Shown: positions 19,255 through 28,309 of the stretch, in pieces
Position numbering within the stretch: the first letter of the stretch is position 1
How the letters are laid out: the number at the start of each line of letters is the position of its first letter
DNA from: a virus
Lineage: Duplodnaviria > Caudoviricetes
IMG/VR virus record: IMGVR_UViG_3300037851_000276
Span: 1-32,010 of that record
Length of the DNA: 32,010 bases
Direction: 5' to 3' (one strand)
Translations under genes and position numbers: made by a program
Notes under the pieces: model-generated
What the model was told of the DNA's origin: nothing
What the model saw: the letters and a program-made list of their open reading frames with translations, nothing else
The model's database searches: none

Positions 19255-19288
19255 ATCGCGATTCGCGAATTGTCAGCAGATTTTTTTC

Positions 19289-19654
19289 TTACCTTTTTTT
19301 CTTTTTTTCATGGTTATTTTTTGGAATACTGTACAGTTGTCCGTTTTTTCTTTTAATACGATAACCCAATTCTTTCTCATAAGCCCTTGTTATAGGCATT
19401 GTCGGATGTTTTTTTGCCTTCAGGATAAGACCCTCCTCGGGACCGGAAGGTACACGGCTTGGATAGTGGCCTGTGCTGTCGGGTTGAATATTATTCCTAT
19501 CAGCCGCAGCGTAGTTATAACCATACTTTCTATTAATTTTTTCCAATTTAAGTGGGTCACCTTTTGCGGAAGCCTTTTTTCTTTCAACTTTTTTGTAAGA
19601 AGTTTCCGCCCTATCTTGTAACCTTTTTAATTTTTTTGGAGGGATCATTTTCAT
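19289..19654 (-). CDS. Small highly basic protein
   Basis: Lys/Arg-rich, AT-rich ORF; start probably MKMIPPKK at 19654. Confidence 0.55.
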   Translation of the reverse strand: MKMIPPKKLKRLQDRAETSYKKVERKKASAKGDPLKLEKINRKYGYNYAAADRNNIQPDSTGHYPSRVPSGPEEGLILKAKKHPTMPITRAYEKELGYRIKRKNGQLYSIPKNNHEKKKKR

Positions 19655-19676
19655 ATACTGTACGTACACATTTTTT

Positions 19677-20089
19677 TCATTTGATGTAATTTACATAGAC
19701 TCCCGTAATGGTAACTGAGGTCGGCACGGCAAAAACAATGCGCCATACCGGGGGCATAACCATGTTTAGCATAATTGTGGCTACCGTGCCCCCTGTAGTA
19801 CCTGAGAGAGGTTCGTGGGGTACACAAACATGCTTGCGTGGCCTGCCCCCGTAAGTGCCGTTGACGTAGGGCCAAAGTTTATGAACGTAGTGCCACCGTC
19901 AGGGGAGTACTGAAGTTGCATGGTGTTGTTACCCGAGGCGGCAGAAGCTACCAAGGTAATAAGCGCCCCCTTGGCCCAAGGAGGGGTGAATTGGGTAAGG
20001 CCGTTAAATCCGGCTACCTTGGCTCCTGAATCCCCGGTAGTTTCAAACTGAGGGGTTCCTACGCCGTGACGTTGTGGTGTTTGAGGCAT
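19677..20089 (-). pseudogene. Small beta-sandwich virion-like protein with an apparent 2-nt frameshift
   Basis: The called ORF stops at 19781. Removing one CT from CTCTCTC (~19804-19810) continues YPTNLSGTTGG...MPPVWRIVFAVPTSVTITGVYVNYIK to TGA at 19677. Confidence 0.55.
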
Positions 20090-20265
20090 TTTTCTATTTC
20101 AATTAGGTTGTCTAACTTTGTTCTAGGTTCAGCAAAATAAGTTCCGTGGATGTAACAGTAGGCGTGGGACAAGTGAGGATAGTCCATCCTGTCGGAAGAC
20201 GGAATATGAATCCACCCCTTTTGGGTGGGTTCAATAGGTTCTCCGCACCATCTACACTTGTCCAT
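20059..20265 (-). CDS. Small Zn-finger protein with the shared C-terminal helix motif
   Basis: MDKCRWCGEPI...GWIH...C...FAEPRTKLDNLIEIEKCL; overlaps the portal stop and the next ATG. Confidence 0.65.
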   Translation of the reverse strand: MDKCRWCGEPIEPTQKGWIHIPSSDRMDYPHLSHAYCYIHGTYFAEPRTKLDNLIEIEKCLKHHNVTA

Positions 20266-22450
20266 TGTCCATGCGTTTTTCCAATAAATTACCCCTCTGT
20301 TTGAGAAGTTCAAGCTCTTGGGCGTTTTTGGCGTCCTGAGCCCCTTTTACAAGGTCAACTTGCGCCTTAATGCCTGCAAGGGCTTTTTGAGTCTCCTGAG
20401 CCTGCTGTTGGGTCTGAGCATTAAACTGCTGCATGGCCATCTGAGACTGCTGCTGCGATTGAGCCTGCTGCTCCTGCATGGCCATTTCTCGCTGCATTTC
20501 CTCCTCCTTAGACTGCTCTAATACCTTGTGGAACTTCATGATGCCCGTCATTACGTCCTTCTCCTTGAGTAGGATAAGCGCCTGATCGAACTCTACCTTG
20601 CCCGCCTGAAGGGCAGCCATTACGAGTTGCTGGAAGGTGGTCTGATCGTCGAGTATCTTAGGGGTAACTTCAATAGACACCCCATAGTCGTCAAGTTCAA
20701 GATCAACGTCCTCTTTGAGGAAATTAAACCCAACATCCCCTATGATGGGGGAAAATATCTCTTTGTTGGCCCACGCGATTTTGACAAGCCGCGCCTGTTG
20801 GTTCCATACCCGCGTGGAGAAGATATCGAACAAGGCAAACAGCGGGGCTGTGGCCATGTTGGACTGAAACAGAGCAGTACGGGTAGTGCCTACGGCCTGA
20901 GAGGCCCCCTGCATCACGCCCTGACGGGCGTCATTTATGCCAGAAACGGCATCAATCTGAGAGTCGCACCACTGTATTAGCTCAAGATACTTGGTGACCG
21001 ACTGAGACAGGGACATATCAATGGTCTGGAATTGATTGTAGGTATTGGCACCCCCGTTTGCTCTGCTGTTTATAAAGGCTATACCACTGGTTTTCAGGTA
21101 CTTAATGACGTCCTCGGGCTCCCAATCGTCGGGACACTGAGCAACGTCGTATATGAAACCCTTGTGCCCCGAGACGGACACGGCTAATTGCATGTTGTAG
21201 ACAAAGATGTCCTTGAGGTTCTGCAGGCTTTTTACCTGATCCACAATGGATACGGCCACCCCGTCAACGAAGTTGGGGATCAGTCCCACGAACGGGGGCT
21301 CGCACTCATGGAGAGTTTCACGATCACGCGGTTGATTGGGCATTTCACCCCATTCTTTCAAGATAGAACCACCAATCAGGGTAGCCCTGCGCCACGTCTT
21401 TAAACGGCGTTTTACGATCTCCTCGCCCTCTCTAGGCTTGTGGCTAGAGGTGGATTTGACGTGCTCGTTACCGTACTTGTCGGTAGTAATTTTCTTGTTG
21501 TAGTACTTAATATCCTGCCAGTACCCCGTAACAACCATCACGCGCAGCCCCGAGGGCTCGCTCTTGAACCAAGGCATCTGCTCTGTGGTGGGGGCAAAGG
21601 AGAAGTTAACCCCGTTGCGCTGTTGGCTAGGATTGGATCGCACGGCCTGATAGCCCTTGTAGCAATCCTTCAATTCTTCCATTGTAAGGCCATACTGCTC
21701 GCAGGCGTCGGCCATAGACATATAGCGGCGCTCCCCCCAATAGGTGGAGTCGCGCAAAAGGTCGTCTGAAGCGTTTCTATCGAAGAAGAGGTCTCGGGGG
21801 TCTACCCGACGGGCTACCGGCATCCCATTGACAATCTCGTTCCTGATAAACGCCTTGCCGGTAATGAGCAGGTCTAGGAAAGCTGCCTTGCGCTCAATGT
21901 TCCAGTAGTTGCGCTTTTCTAAGAATTTAAGGGCAAAGTACAGCACTATCTCAGCCCTTTCGCGGTAATCTTTTTTGAAGAACTCCTCTAAGTCGTCCTC
22001 GGTCTCAGGAAGGCCTTGTTTGGCCGTAGGAAAGCCCGTAACCTGTTCAAGCTGTTGGGCTATGGGCTGCAGACGGATGTCCACCCGCATGTCCTCCTTG
22101 GCCTCTAGGCGCCGGGAGCGAGCCTCTTTGTTGATGGCCTGAACATGAAAATCGTAACCCCGTTGAAAAAGTTCACCGATAAGCACACTGAGCTTCACCC
22201 GAATGTTATTCAGGCTCATCCACATGGCGGGGAAGGTAGACCCGTCTCCCGCGTCGGTCAAGAATTTGAACTTGTCGGGGCTGGGGGGCTGCGCGTTGAA
22301 AAACGCGTAGCTTTCATCCATTACAGAATATTCCCGCTCATAGCGGGCGTTCAAGGCAGTACCGCAGATGCTTTGAAGGCACTGCATATAGTAGTCCTTG
22401 TCTTTCTGCTTTTCTGGAATGTAAGGATTAGGAAATGAGCTATTTGCCAA
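20252..22450 (-). CDS. Portal protein
   Basis: 732 aa directly after terminase. Contains DLLITGK, RRVDPRD, SGINDARQG and a Gln-rich C-terminal barrel, as in P22-like/crAss-like portals. Confidence 0.85.
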   Translation of the reverse strand: MANSSFPNPYIPEKQKDKDYYMQCLQSICGTALNARYEREYSVMDESYAFFNAQPPSPDKFKFLTDAGDGSTFPAMWMSLNNIRVKLSVLIGELFQRGYDFHVQAINKEARSRRLEAKEDMRVDIRLQPIAQQLEQVTGFPTAKQGLPETEDDLEEFFKKDYRERAEIVLYFALKFLEKRNYWNIERKAAFLDLLITGKAFIRNEIVNGMPVARRVDPRDLFFDRNASDDLLRDSTYWGERRYMSMADACEQYGLTMEELKDCYKGYQAVRSNPSQQRNGVNFSFAPTTEQMPWFKSEPSGLRVMVVTGYWQDIKYYNKKITTDKYGNEHVKSTSSHKPREGEEIVKRRLKTWRRATLIGGSILKEWGEMPNQPRDRETLHECEPPFVGLIPNFVDGVAVSIVDQVKSLQNLKDIFVYNMQLAVSVSGHKGFIYDVAQCPDDWEPEDVIKYLKTSGIAFINSRANGGANTYNQFQTIDMSLSQSVTKYLELIQWCDSQIDAVSGINDARQGVMQGASQAVGTTRTALFQSNMATAPLFALFDIFSTRVWNQQARLVKIAWANKEIFSPIIGDVGFNFLKEDVDLELDDYGVSIEVTPKILDDQTTFQQLVMAALQAGKVEFDQALILLKEKDVMTGIMKFHKVLEQSKEEEMQREMAMQEQQAQSQQQSQMAMQQFNAQTQQQAQETQKALAGIKAQVDLVKGAQDAKNAQELELLKQRGNLLEKRMDNGQV

Positions 22451-22476
22451 CCTTTTGGGGGTTTGCCAACTCTATA

Positions 22477-22491
22477 GCAAAAACCGTGCCA
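22477..22491 (-). promoter_or_regulatory. Sigma-54 promoter TGGCACGGTTTTTGC
   Basis: Exact consensus in the 47-bp gap between terminase and portal. Confidence 0.75.
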
Positions 22492-22497
22492 AAACTG

Positions 22498-24333
22498 TTA
22501 TTTTACTTTAACCGGGGTACCGTCCCTGCGCATAATGTATTTCCACCTAGGAATGTTGCTCTTGTCCCCCTTGGCCTTGGCCTCCCATTTATCCTCCTTT
22601 AGCAGCAGCATTACGGCCATAAAAGCACTCACGCGGTCGGTATTGGTGATCCCGTAGTTGATACACTCCTCTAGGAGCCCCTTGGAGGGGATAATGTCAG
22701 CATAGTCCTCAATGTACTCGGCCACAAGTTCCTCGGCGTACATGGTGGTCTTTTTGTCCATAATGTACCCTATGTTCCACGTATTGTTAAGTACAATGCG
22801 CTCATAAGAGTTGGGCTTGGTGGCAAGCAGGTGCTTGTAGCCCGCCTCGTCAAAATAGGTAATTACCCCCGGCTTGTTCTTTTCTACCATCAGTTTGGTG
22901 TTGTTGTAGTACAAACAGGCTAGTAGACATTGGTCATAGAAATCCCTAGGCACTGCAGGGCGGTCTACGTACTCAAATACGATCTTTGGGGCCTCCACGC
23001 CGTGGCGCTTTTTCATGATGTACAGCGCTAGTGAAGACACGTCCTTGCGCCCCTCCTCTACTTCGGCATCTGTCGGGTCCAGACCGCCGATGTACAGGTT
23101 CTGATACACAGGGTCGGGGTCTTCGTAGATAATACACGCCCCACGCCCCGAGGGCACAAAAACGGGCTTTTTGTTGCTATCCAACTTAAAGAACCCACGC
23201 TTGGCCTTGACAGGATTCTCGTACAAGGAGTTCAGTTGCTTGTTGATCTTTACTTGGTTACCGAGTCCTTGAGACTCGTTAGAGGTAAAAGCCTCCTGAA
23301 CAGTAAGAGGGTACTTCTGAAGAAAGTCGTTGTATTCCTTTTGGCTAAGGCCTTCTAGGCGTTTTCGCTCATAGACAATCCACCTTATTGCATCCTCTTT
23401 GAGGTCGTTGCCAAACTCGTCTACCGCTAGCCCCATCCACCCACCGAAAAAGAACTGGCGCAGTTTGTATGTGTCGGCATTATACCACATCTCTTTGAAG
23501 TCGCGGCCCTCCTTGGAAATATCGCCCGCCGTTCCAAAAAGTACGGGAGTTCCTACCCTCCTGTTACCAACCATCATGGTGTCCACGGCGTAAGAGAACA
23601 ACTGTTTGAGGCGCTCTATCTTACCGCTTTCGTCAGCACACCATTTTCTAAGCGCGTAGCCCTCCCATCCTGTCTCGGTGGGGGCCTTTACTTTAACCTC
23701 GGACTGAAGCCCTTTAAGCTGCCAGTTGCCGTTGGGGTCTTTTTCCCTCCAACCAAAGACAAGAGATGTGGCCGTGTTCCCCGCCGAGGAGGTAGGCTTC
23801 ATCCACAGTGGCAGGTTGTCGTAAAGGAACTTTACCTTTTTGAACAATTCCTTGGCGTCGTCCTCGGTCTTGGAGGTCATACCAGCCTTAAAAAACCCGT
23901 TTGGGTTGTAAAAAATGCAATCATGGAGCACGTCGGCGGCCTCAAGCCACGAGGCGCCGATACGCCGCCTCTTAACGCAAATAAGCCCCCACTCTTTGGA
24001 GTCCTCTACCTCGGTGATCTGCTTGAACCACTCTACCTGACACATGCGGAAATCAGGAAAGAACATCTGCCCGCGCTCGATGTCCCAAATCTTGCAGTAG
24101 TTGTACCAAAAGTAGAACTTGCCCGTATAGCCAAAATGCCCCTCGCGGCAGCGGCGGAACTCCTCTCGGCACCATACGTTTTGTTCGTAAGGATCAGAGA
24201 CGTTGGGCATCTGCGCCCGCCGGGGCTTAACTTCGTTCTTAGGGAGAGAGGGGGTGACGGAGAGGTAATACTTTACCTTGTCCTCTAGTTCAGAGGAGTA
24301 TTCGTTCTCAGGAATATGGCGGAAGTCAGCCAA
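22498..24333 (-). CDS. terL: Terminase large subunit
   Basis: Walker A KRRRIGAS, Walker B CADESGK, coupling motif GTAG, nuclease GGLDP and TDRVSA; crAss-like flavour. Confidence 0.9.
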   Translation of the reverse strand: MADFRHIPENEYSSELEDKVKYYLSVTPSLPKNEVKPRRAQMPNVSDPYEQNVWCREEFRRCREGHFGYTGKFYFWYNYCKIWDIERGQMFFPDFRMCQVEWFKQITEVEDSKEWGLICVKRRRIGASWLEAADVLHDCIFYNPNGFFKAGMTSKTEDDAKELFKKVKFLYDNLPLWMKPTSSAGNTATSLVFGWREKDPNGNWQLKGLQSEVKVKAPTETGWEGYALRKWCADESGKIERLKQLFSYAVDTMMVGNRRVGTPVLFGTAGDISKEGRDFKEMWYNADTYKLRQFFFGGWMGLAVDEFGNDLKEDAIRWIVYERKRLEGLSQKEYNDFLQKYPLTVQEAFTSNESQGLGNQVKINKQLNSLYENPVKAKRGFFKLDSNKKPVFVPSGRGACIIYEDPDPVYQNLYIGGLDPTDAEVEEGRKDVSSLALYIMKKRHGVEAPKIVFEYVDRPAVPRDFYDQCLLACLYYNNTKLMVEKNKPGVITYFDEAGYKHLLATKPNSYERIVLNNTWNIGYIMDKKTTMYAEELVAEYIEDYADIIPSKGLLEECINYGITNTDRVSAFMAVMLLLKEDKWEAKAKGDKSNIPRWKYIMRRDGTPVKVK

Positions 24334-24574
24334 TCTCTATGCTCTTGTCTCCTTTTAGGACGGCAATGGCCTCGTCTACGGAGAGCTTTTTGGTCTTTAC
24401 CTTTTCAAGGATGAGCTTGAGGCGGTCTTCGGATTCTATCTTGGCTACCAAGGCTCCAATGCGCTCTTTTTTGGTGGGCTCAACGGTTTGCCAAGCCACG
24501 TCACCCCAAGAAAGACTACCTGTTGTTGTAGTGGTGGTTGTTGATGGTATTACTGAGATATCAGTGAGGATCAT
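24326..24574 (-). CDS. Hypothetical protein (82 aa, start revised)
   Basis: ATGA overlap with the upstream exonuclease stop; contains EPTKKERIGALVAKI. Confidence 0.5.
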   Translation of the reverse strand: MILTDISVIPSTTTTTTTGSLSWGDVAWQTVEPTKKERIGALVAKIESEDRLKLILEKVKTKKLSVDEAIAVLKGDKSIEIG

Positions 24575-25311
24575 GCCCTTGTGCGTTTTTTTATTGCAAA
24601 CGGAATCCTTTGATAGCTTCCGCAGTCCATACATTGAAGCTCTTGTCTCAACAGGCCTGTGGCCGTAGGGCGAAGCCCGTTTTTTTTAAGATGGACTCCC
24701 CCACACTTGTTGCAACAGTGGCCGCGCTCATTGCCCAGCAGCACCCCTACGTGGGGGTGGGTAAGGAAGTAGGGGCGCAGCTTGAGATAAAGTTCTTCTG
24801 TCTTTATCACATCTACTTTGCAGTACCGTACCATTTCGTTTATGGCCTTCTTGTCCCCCTTCATGGCCCTGAGCCACAGTCCTTGTGATGTTTCCTGCTT
24901 GCCCCCGCCAAGAAGTTCCTTAGCAAGGTAATCTAGTCGATGGGAAGGGAACTTAGCCACACGCTTTAACTCCCGCAAAGTGTCTACTACGGGAATCGGG
25001 GGGAGGGGGTCAATGCCGTGACGGATCAGGCGTCCGTTGATCTTTAGGATGTCGAATCTTGCTAGGTTATGGCCGATAAGAATATCGGCATCTAGCAGCG
25101 CCGAGCGAAGCTCTTTGAGCAGTCGTTTGTCGTCGCCTGCCTTGGAAATCTTTACCGAATGTACCTTTTTGCTTCCCAACTCCTTCCAACATACGCAGAT
25201 AATGAACTCATCTTTCAGTATGTGGTTGTAGCTAATGCTTTCGGGATAAAGGCTGAAAGCCGCCACCTCCATGGGTGACGTCTCTATGTCGATTATTAAA
25301 ATTTTAGCCAT
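24571..25311 (-). CDS. RNase H-like/DnaQ-like 3'-5' exonuclease with a C-terminal Zn ribbon
   Basis: IDIETS, GHNLARFD and YCKVDV (DEDDy) motifs; CNKC...CMDC. Confidence 0.85.
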   Translation of the reverse strand: MAKILIIDIETSPMEVAAFSLYPESISYNHILKDEFIICVCWKELGSKKVHSVKISKAGDDKRLLKELRSALLDADILIGHNLARFDILKINGRLIRHGIDPLPPIPVVDTLRELKRVAKFPSHRLDYLAKELLGGGKQETSQGLWLRAMKGDKKAINEMVRYCKVDVIKTEELYLKLRPYFLTHPHVGVLLGNERGHCCNKCGGVHLKKNGLRPTATGLLRQELQCMDCGSYQRIPFAIKKRTRA

Positions 25312-25325
25312 CGCGCTGATTTATA

Positions 25326-25340
25326 GCAATAACCGTGCCA
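25326..25340 (-). promoter_or_regulatory. Sigma-54 promoter TGGCACGGTTATTGC
   Basis: Exact consensus in a 29-bp intergenic gap; predicted TSS ~25314. Confidence 0.7.
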
Positions 25341-25706
25341 TTAGAGGCGCGGGTCGCGGGTAGTGACCACAATATGCGGGTAGAACCCGTCAAGATTGGT
25401 AAACCAAAAGGTCATACCACGATCATCATAGACAATGCGCATAAGGTAGCGGTCCCCTATGGCGCTCTTCATTAGTCCTAAAAAGGCTTCGTTGGTGGGC
25501 TGGGGATCAAGTTCAGTGAAGCACCGCAGAATGTCGGTGTTGAGGCAAACCTCTGCAGTGCCCTCGTTGTAGGCTATAACCACCTTTCGGTATTCTATTG
25601 TGAGGGTATCGGAGTGGATGGTGGTGACGTAGAAGTCGCCCTCAAAGCGTTCCTGAGCCGTCGCCGACAGGCTCACTAGAACGAGTAAGTACTTGATAAA
25701 GTTCAT
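25341..25706 (-). CDS. Secreted protein with a Sec signal peptide
   Basis: MNFIKYLLVLVSLSATA|QE: AxA cleavage site followed by Gln. Confidence 0.65.
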   Translation of the reverse strand: MNFIKYLLVLVSLSATAQERFEGDFYVTTIHSDTLTIEYRKVVIAYNEGTAEVCLNTDILRCFTELDPQPTNEAFLGLMKSAIGDRYLMRIVYDDRGMTFWFTNLDGFYPHIVVTTRDPRL

Positions 25707-25866
25707 AAATTACTTGTTGTTTGGTTGGTTCGGCAAAAGATTGCGGTGCTTCAGTGGTACCGCAAAAGTAGTAACGCCTTCCGGCTTCCATGTCTAAATG
25801 CACCCAGCCGGGGCGATATAATTCAATCGGGGCCCCACAATACCTACATTTTTCGTACTTCTTCAT
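25642..25866 (-). CDS. Small Zn-finger protein with the shared C-terminal helix motif
   Basis: CRYCGAPI...GWVH...C...FAEPTKQQVIYELYQVL. Confidence 0.7.
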   Translation of the reverse strand: MKKYEKCRYCGAPIELYRPGWVHLDMEAGRRYYFCGTTEAPQSFAEPTKQQVIYELYQVLTRSSEPVGDGSGTL

Positions 25867-26038
25867 AAAAATTCCTTAAATTTGAGGCTTTTGAGGGGGT
25901 GGCATAAATTATATCTGGAAAACCTACCTCTGAATTCGCAAAACAACGAAGCCACATGTTTTCGTGTACCCAAGCACCGTATTGATTAACTATTGCCTTA
26001 CCACAGTTAGCGCACACGGCTCTTTTCAATTTCTTCAT
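25844..26038 (-). CDS. Small Zn-finger protein with the shared C-terminal helix motif
   Basis: CANCGKAI...WVH...C...YATPSKASNLRNFYEEV. Confidence 0.7.
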   Translation of the reverse strand: MKKLKRAVCANCGKAIVNQYGAWVHENMWLRCFANSEVGFPDIIYATPSKASNLRNFYEEVRKM

Positions 26039-26579
26039 CGAGTAGGGATAATGTTCTTTTGTTGCCTTCTCCGGCGATAGCCTCCTCTACGCCCATCACC
26101 AGTTCCTCCATGTTAGCCTGCTTGGCTAGCTTACGCTTAGTATCGTTAAGGTCAGGTAAGGAGTTAATGAGCTTGTTGCGTTTTTCAAGTGTCGCCTCAT
26201 CGTCAGTGGGGGTAGAAACCAGTTTTCTGATATTGTCCACCTGTGCGTCCACCATTTCTATTTGCTCACGGGCATCGTCGTGCTGCATTTCCATGTACTT
26301 CTTTACAGCCGTGTTCCATTTGTCTACCTTGCCCGACATCATCTCGCGGGCACGGAACTCTATGGTGGTATTCTTGTCCTCCATGACTTTGTAACCCGCC
26401 TCTAGGCAGGCTAGCCGCATGCGCTCTTCCTTGGGCTTTTGGCGGAAGGGACTCCGGTAGTCGGCAAACCAAATGAGTGCCGTCATCTGCTTTTCGTTGA
26501 GTTCATAGAACTCAGGAATCGCAAGAAGTTCGGGGTAGGCCTTAAAAATGTCCTTATCGCGCTTTGGAATGAACAGCAT
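26007..26579 (-). CDS. Helical protein, candidate terminase small subunit
   Basis: 190 aa helical protein upstream of terL; the function is positional inference only. Confidence 0.4.
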   Translation of the reverse strand: MLFIPKRDKDIFKAYPELLAIPEFYELNEKQMTALIWFADYRSPFRQKPKEERMRLACLEAGYKVMEDKNTTIEFRAREMMSGKVDKWNTAVKKYMEMQHDDAREQIEMVDAQVDNIRKLVSTPTDDEATLEKRNKLINSLPDLNDTKRKLAKQANMEELVMGVEEAIAGEGNKRTLSLLDEEIEKSRVR

Positions 26580-26655
26580 TTAAAAAGTCTTTAATTACCT
26601 GTGATTTTAACTTTTTTGCCCCGCGGGTAAGGTGCCAGTCTTTGAACTGCTTCAT
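26554..26655 (-). CDS. 33-aa micro-ORF carrying a variant of the shared motif
   Basis: MKQFKDWHLTRGAKKLKSQVIKDFLNAVHSKAR. Starts inside the FYE codons of 26591..26905 and overlaps the ATG at 26579. Confidence 0.45.
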   Translation of the reverse strand: MKQFKDWHLTRGAKKLKSQVIKDFLNAVHSKAR

Positions 26656-26905
26656 AGAATTTACGTATTGTTTCACGTTTGGGCGGGGCAAAAAGCATTG
26701 TGGCTATGGCAGAACCGTAGTTAAACTCTACAAAATCTACCTCAACAGACATCCACTTTTTGCCTATACGCAGGATTTTGCCAATTTTACCATAATTAAC
26801 GGAGGTTTCGTATATAAACTTAACACTATCCCCCACCCGAAACTTGGTTTCGGAACTCAACTTTGAGTTGGCTGTTGGTTTGGCGAAGGGTTTCAATGTT
26901 GACAT
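26591..26905 (-). CDS. Small SH3/KOW-like protein with the shared C-terminal helix motif (start uncertain)
   Basis: KFRVGDSVKF...YGKIGKI...APPKRETIRKFYEAV. Confidence 0.6.
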   Translation of the reverse strand: MSTLKPFAKPTANSKLSSETKFRVGDSVKFIYETSVNYGKIGKILRIGKKWMSVEVDFVEFNYGSAIATMLFAPPKRETIRKFYEAVQRLAPYPRGKKVKITGN

Positions 26906-27239
26906 TGGTTTGTCTGAGTATCAACGTAAGACGCACCAAAAGGTTTTCCTCTGCGGTTAATTGTTTGTACAATTCTTTGTACTGCTCCTTGGCTAAGGCC
27001 TCTAGGCGCTTTTCTGACACCTTCTCCCCCTTGTAGTTTACAAGGAAAGAATTGATCGAACTTTTGTACATGTACTCGGTGTTGTTGCGGGCCTCGGTGG
27101 CGTCAGCCACTATGGTAGCCAAAAAGTAGGAGTTGGAGGCTAGGCGCTGCTGCAGTTCTAGCCCCGAGTTGAGGTCCAACTGGCCGTTGACGGCCTTGAG
27201 TTGCTCAATGTCGCGGACAATTTCATCTATTATTTTCAT
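26826..27239 (-). CDS. Coiled-coil hypothetical protein
   Basis: 137 aa, all-helical heptad pattern. Confidence 0.6.
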   Translation of the reverse strand: MKIIDEIVRDIEQLKAVNGQLDLNSGLELQQRLASNSYFLATIVADATEARNNTEYMYKSSINSFLVNYKGEKVSEKRLEALAKEQYKELYKQLTAEENLLVRLTLILRQTNVNIETLRQTNSQLKVEFRNQVSGGG

Positions 27240-27425
27240 CGTTAAGTTGGTTGTAAATATACCTGATTACGTTCTTTTTGCTTTTTTTTCAGGACCTTTG
27301 TGCTATCGCCTGCCGAATAAGTAGTTACCCAAATGCTCTCCCTATCGCAGAACTTCAGAGTAAGTTTGGAGGGGGTTACAATCATAGCCAACCAAATAAT
27401 CACCCAACTCTGGTAACTGCTTCAT
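27223..27425 (-). pseudogene. Frameshifted tandem paralog of 27400..27642
   Basis: Three segments in three frames: MKQLPELGDYLVGYD, SIWVTTYSAGDSTKVLKK and SKKNVIRYIYNQL. They align to MTKIPEVGDLFYLD, WFWSSLYNPKFDSRRLTK and SKKNNIKAFYEAV. Confidence 0.55.
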
Positions 27426-27642
27426 AAAATGCTTTTATGTTGTTTTTTTTGGACTTAGTCAACCTACGGGAATCAAACTTTGGGTTATATAATGAACTCC
27501 AAAACCATGTAGCAGTTCCCGAAAATGCTTGCAGGCGCATCTCATAGATTCCGTTTTTTTCCGGTTTTACCCCAACGATGCGATCATGTGACCGAGTGAA
27601 GTCAAGATAGAATAAATCCCCTACTTCCGGTATTTTAGTCAT
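27400..27642 (-). CDS. Small SH3-like protein with the shared C-terminal helix motif
   Basis: PEVGDLFY...TKSKKNNIKAFYEAV. Confidence 0.65.
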   Translation of the reverse strand: MTKIPEVGDLFYLDFTRSHDRIVGVKPEKNGIYEMRLQAFSGTATWFWSSLYNPKFDSRRLTKSKKNNIKAFYEAVTRVG

Positions 27643-27874
27643 CTATTTCAATGGTTAAAGATACCCTTACCCCTATTTTTGCAGCTATCTTTATGATCTT
27701 CCACTGGGTTAAATCCTTGGTACTGCCCGAGAGGTAAGAGGTAATGCGCTGGCGGCGTATGCCCAACTCTCGCGATAGCGCCGCAACATTAACCCCCTTT
27801 CTCTTGATCTGAAGTTTTATAGTCTCCCTTAACTTAGGGGAATACCTTACTATGTCGTATTTCAGTGGACTCAT
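27635..27874 (-). CDS. XRE/Cro-family helix-turn-helix protein
   Basis: GVNVAALSRELGIRRQRITSYLSG...IIKIAAKIG. Confidence 0.8.
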   Translation of the reverse strand: MSPLKYDIVRYSPKLRETIKLQIKRKGVNVAALSRELGIRRQRITSYLSGSTKDLTQWKIIKIAAKIGVRVSLTIEIDD

Positions 27875-27889
27875 ACACCGTTATACGGA

Positions 27890-28264
27890 TTAAAGATCAA
27901 GGGGTTGCTTATTTAGTGAAAAACCCACCAATCTTTCGATTGTGGGCTCTATTTGGCCCTCATTCATGCAGTAAATGAATGGGAGCCCCAATTCCCTATA
28001 CCTTTCGTATTGTCTTCCCTTTTTTATTGGCTTATCTGTCTTTGGCCTGTGTTTTATTTCAATGAGGCAAATAAGAGTTTCCCCCCTGCACACCGCCAAA
28101 TCGGCCCTAAGCCTTACATCCCTATTTCTCCGTGTACGCTGTCTTGAATTTTCAAGGGTAAAGATAGTCTCGGGGTAGCAGGAAAAGCCGAGGTCAGTGA
28201 GTCTTCGGTAAAGTTCGCACTTGATCCAATCCTCATTCCTGTGCGGCTTAAACCCATTAACCAT
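27890..28264 (-). CDS. PD-(D/E)XK nuclease (start revised to MVNGFK at 28264)
   Basis: E...RADLAV...LIEIK...RQYERYRELG; AT-rich leader before ATG 28264. Confidence 0.7.
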   Translation of the reverse strand: MVNGFKPHRNEDWIKCELYRRLTDLGFSCYPETIFTLENSRQRTRRNRDVRLRADLAVCRGETLICLIEIKHRPKTDKPIKKGRQYERYRELGLPFIYCMNEGQIEPTIERLVGFSLNKQPLDL

Positions 28265-28309
28265 AGTAGTATTAATATATTTGCTTACTGGTTTAGATTC
28301 TTTGTTTGA

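Noticed and set aside
24326-24574. TKKERIGALVAKI as a tenth motif copy
   Set aside because: The spacing fits, but it is internal, lacks the aromatic core and does not overlap a start codon, so it was left out of the count.
216-28200. Numerous short plus-strand ORFs
   Set aside because: They lie opposite well-supported minus-strand genes.
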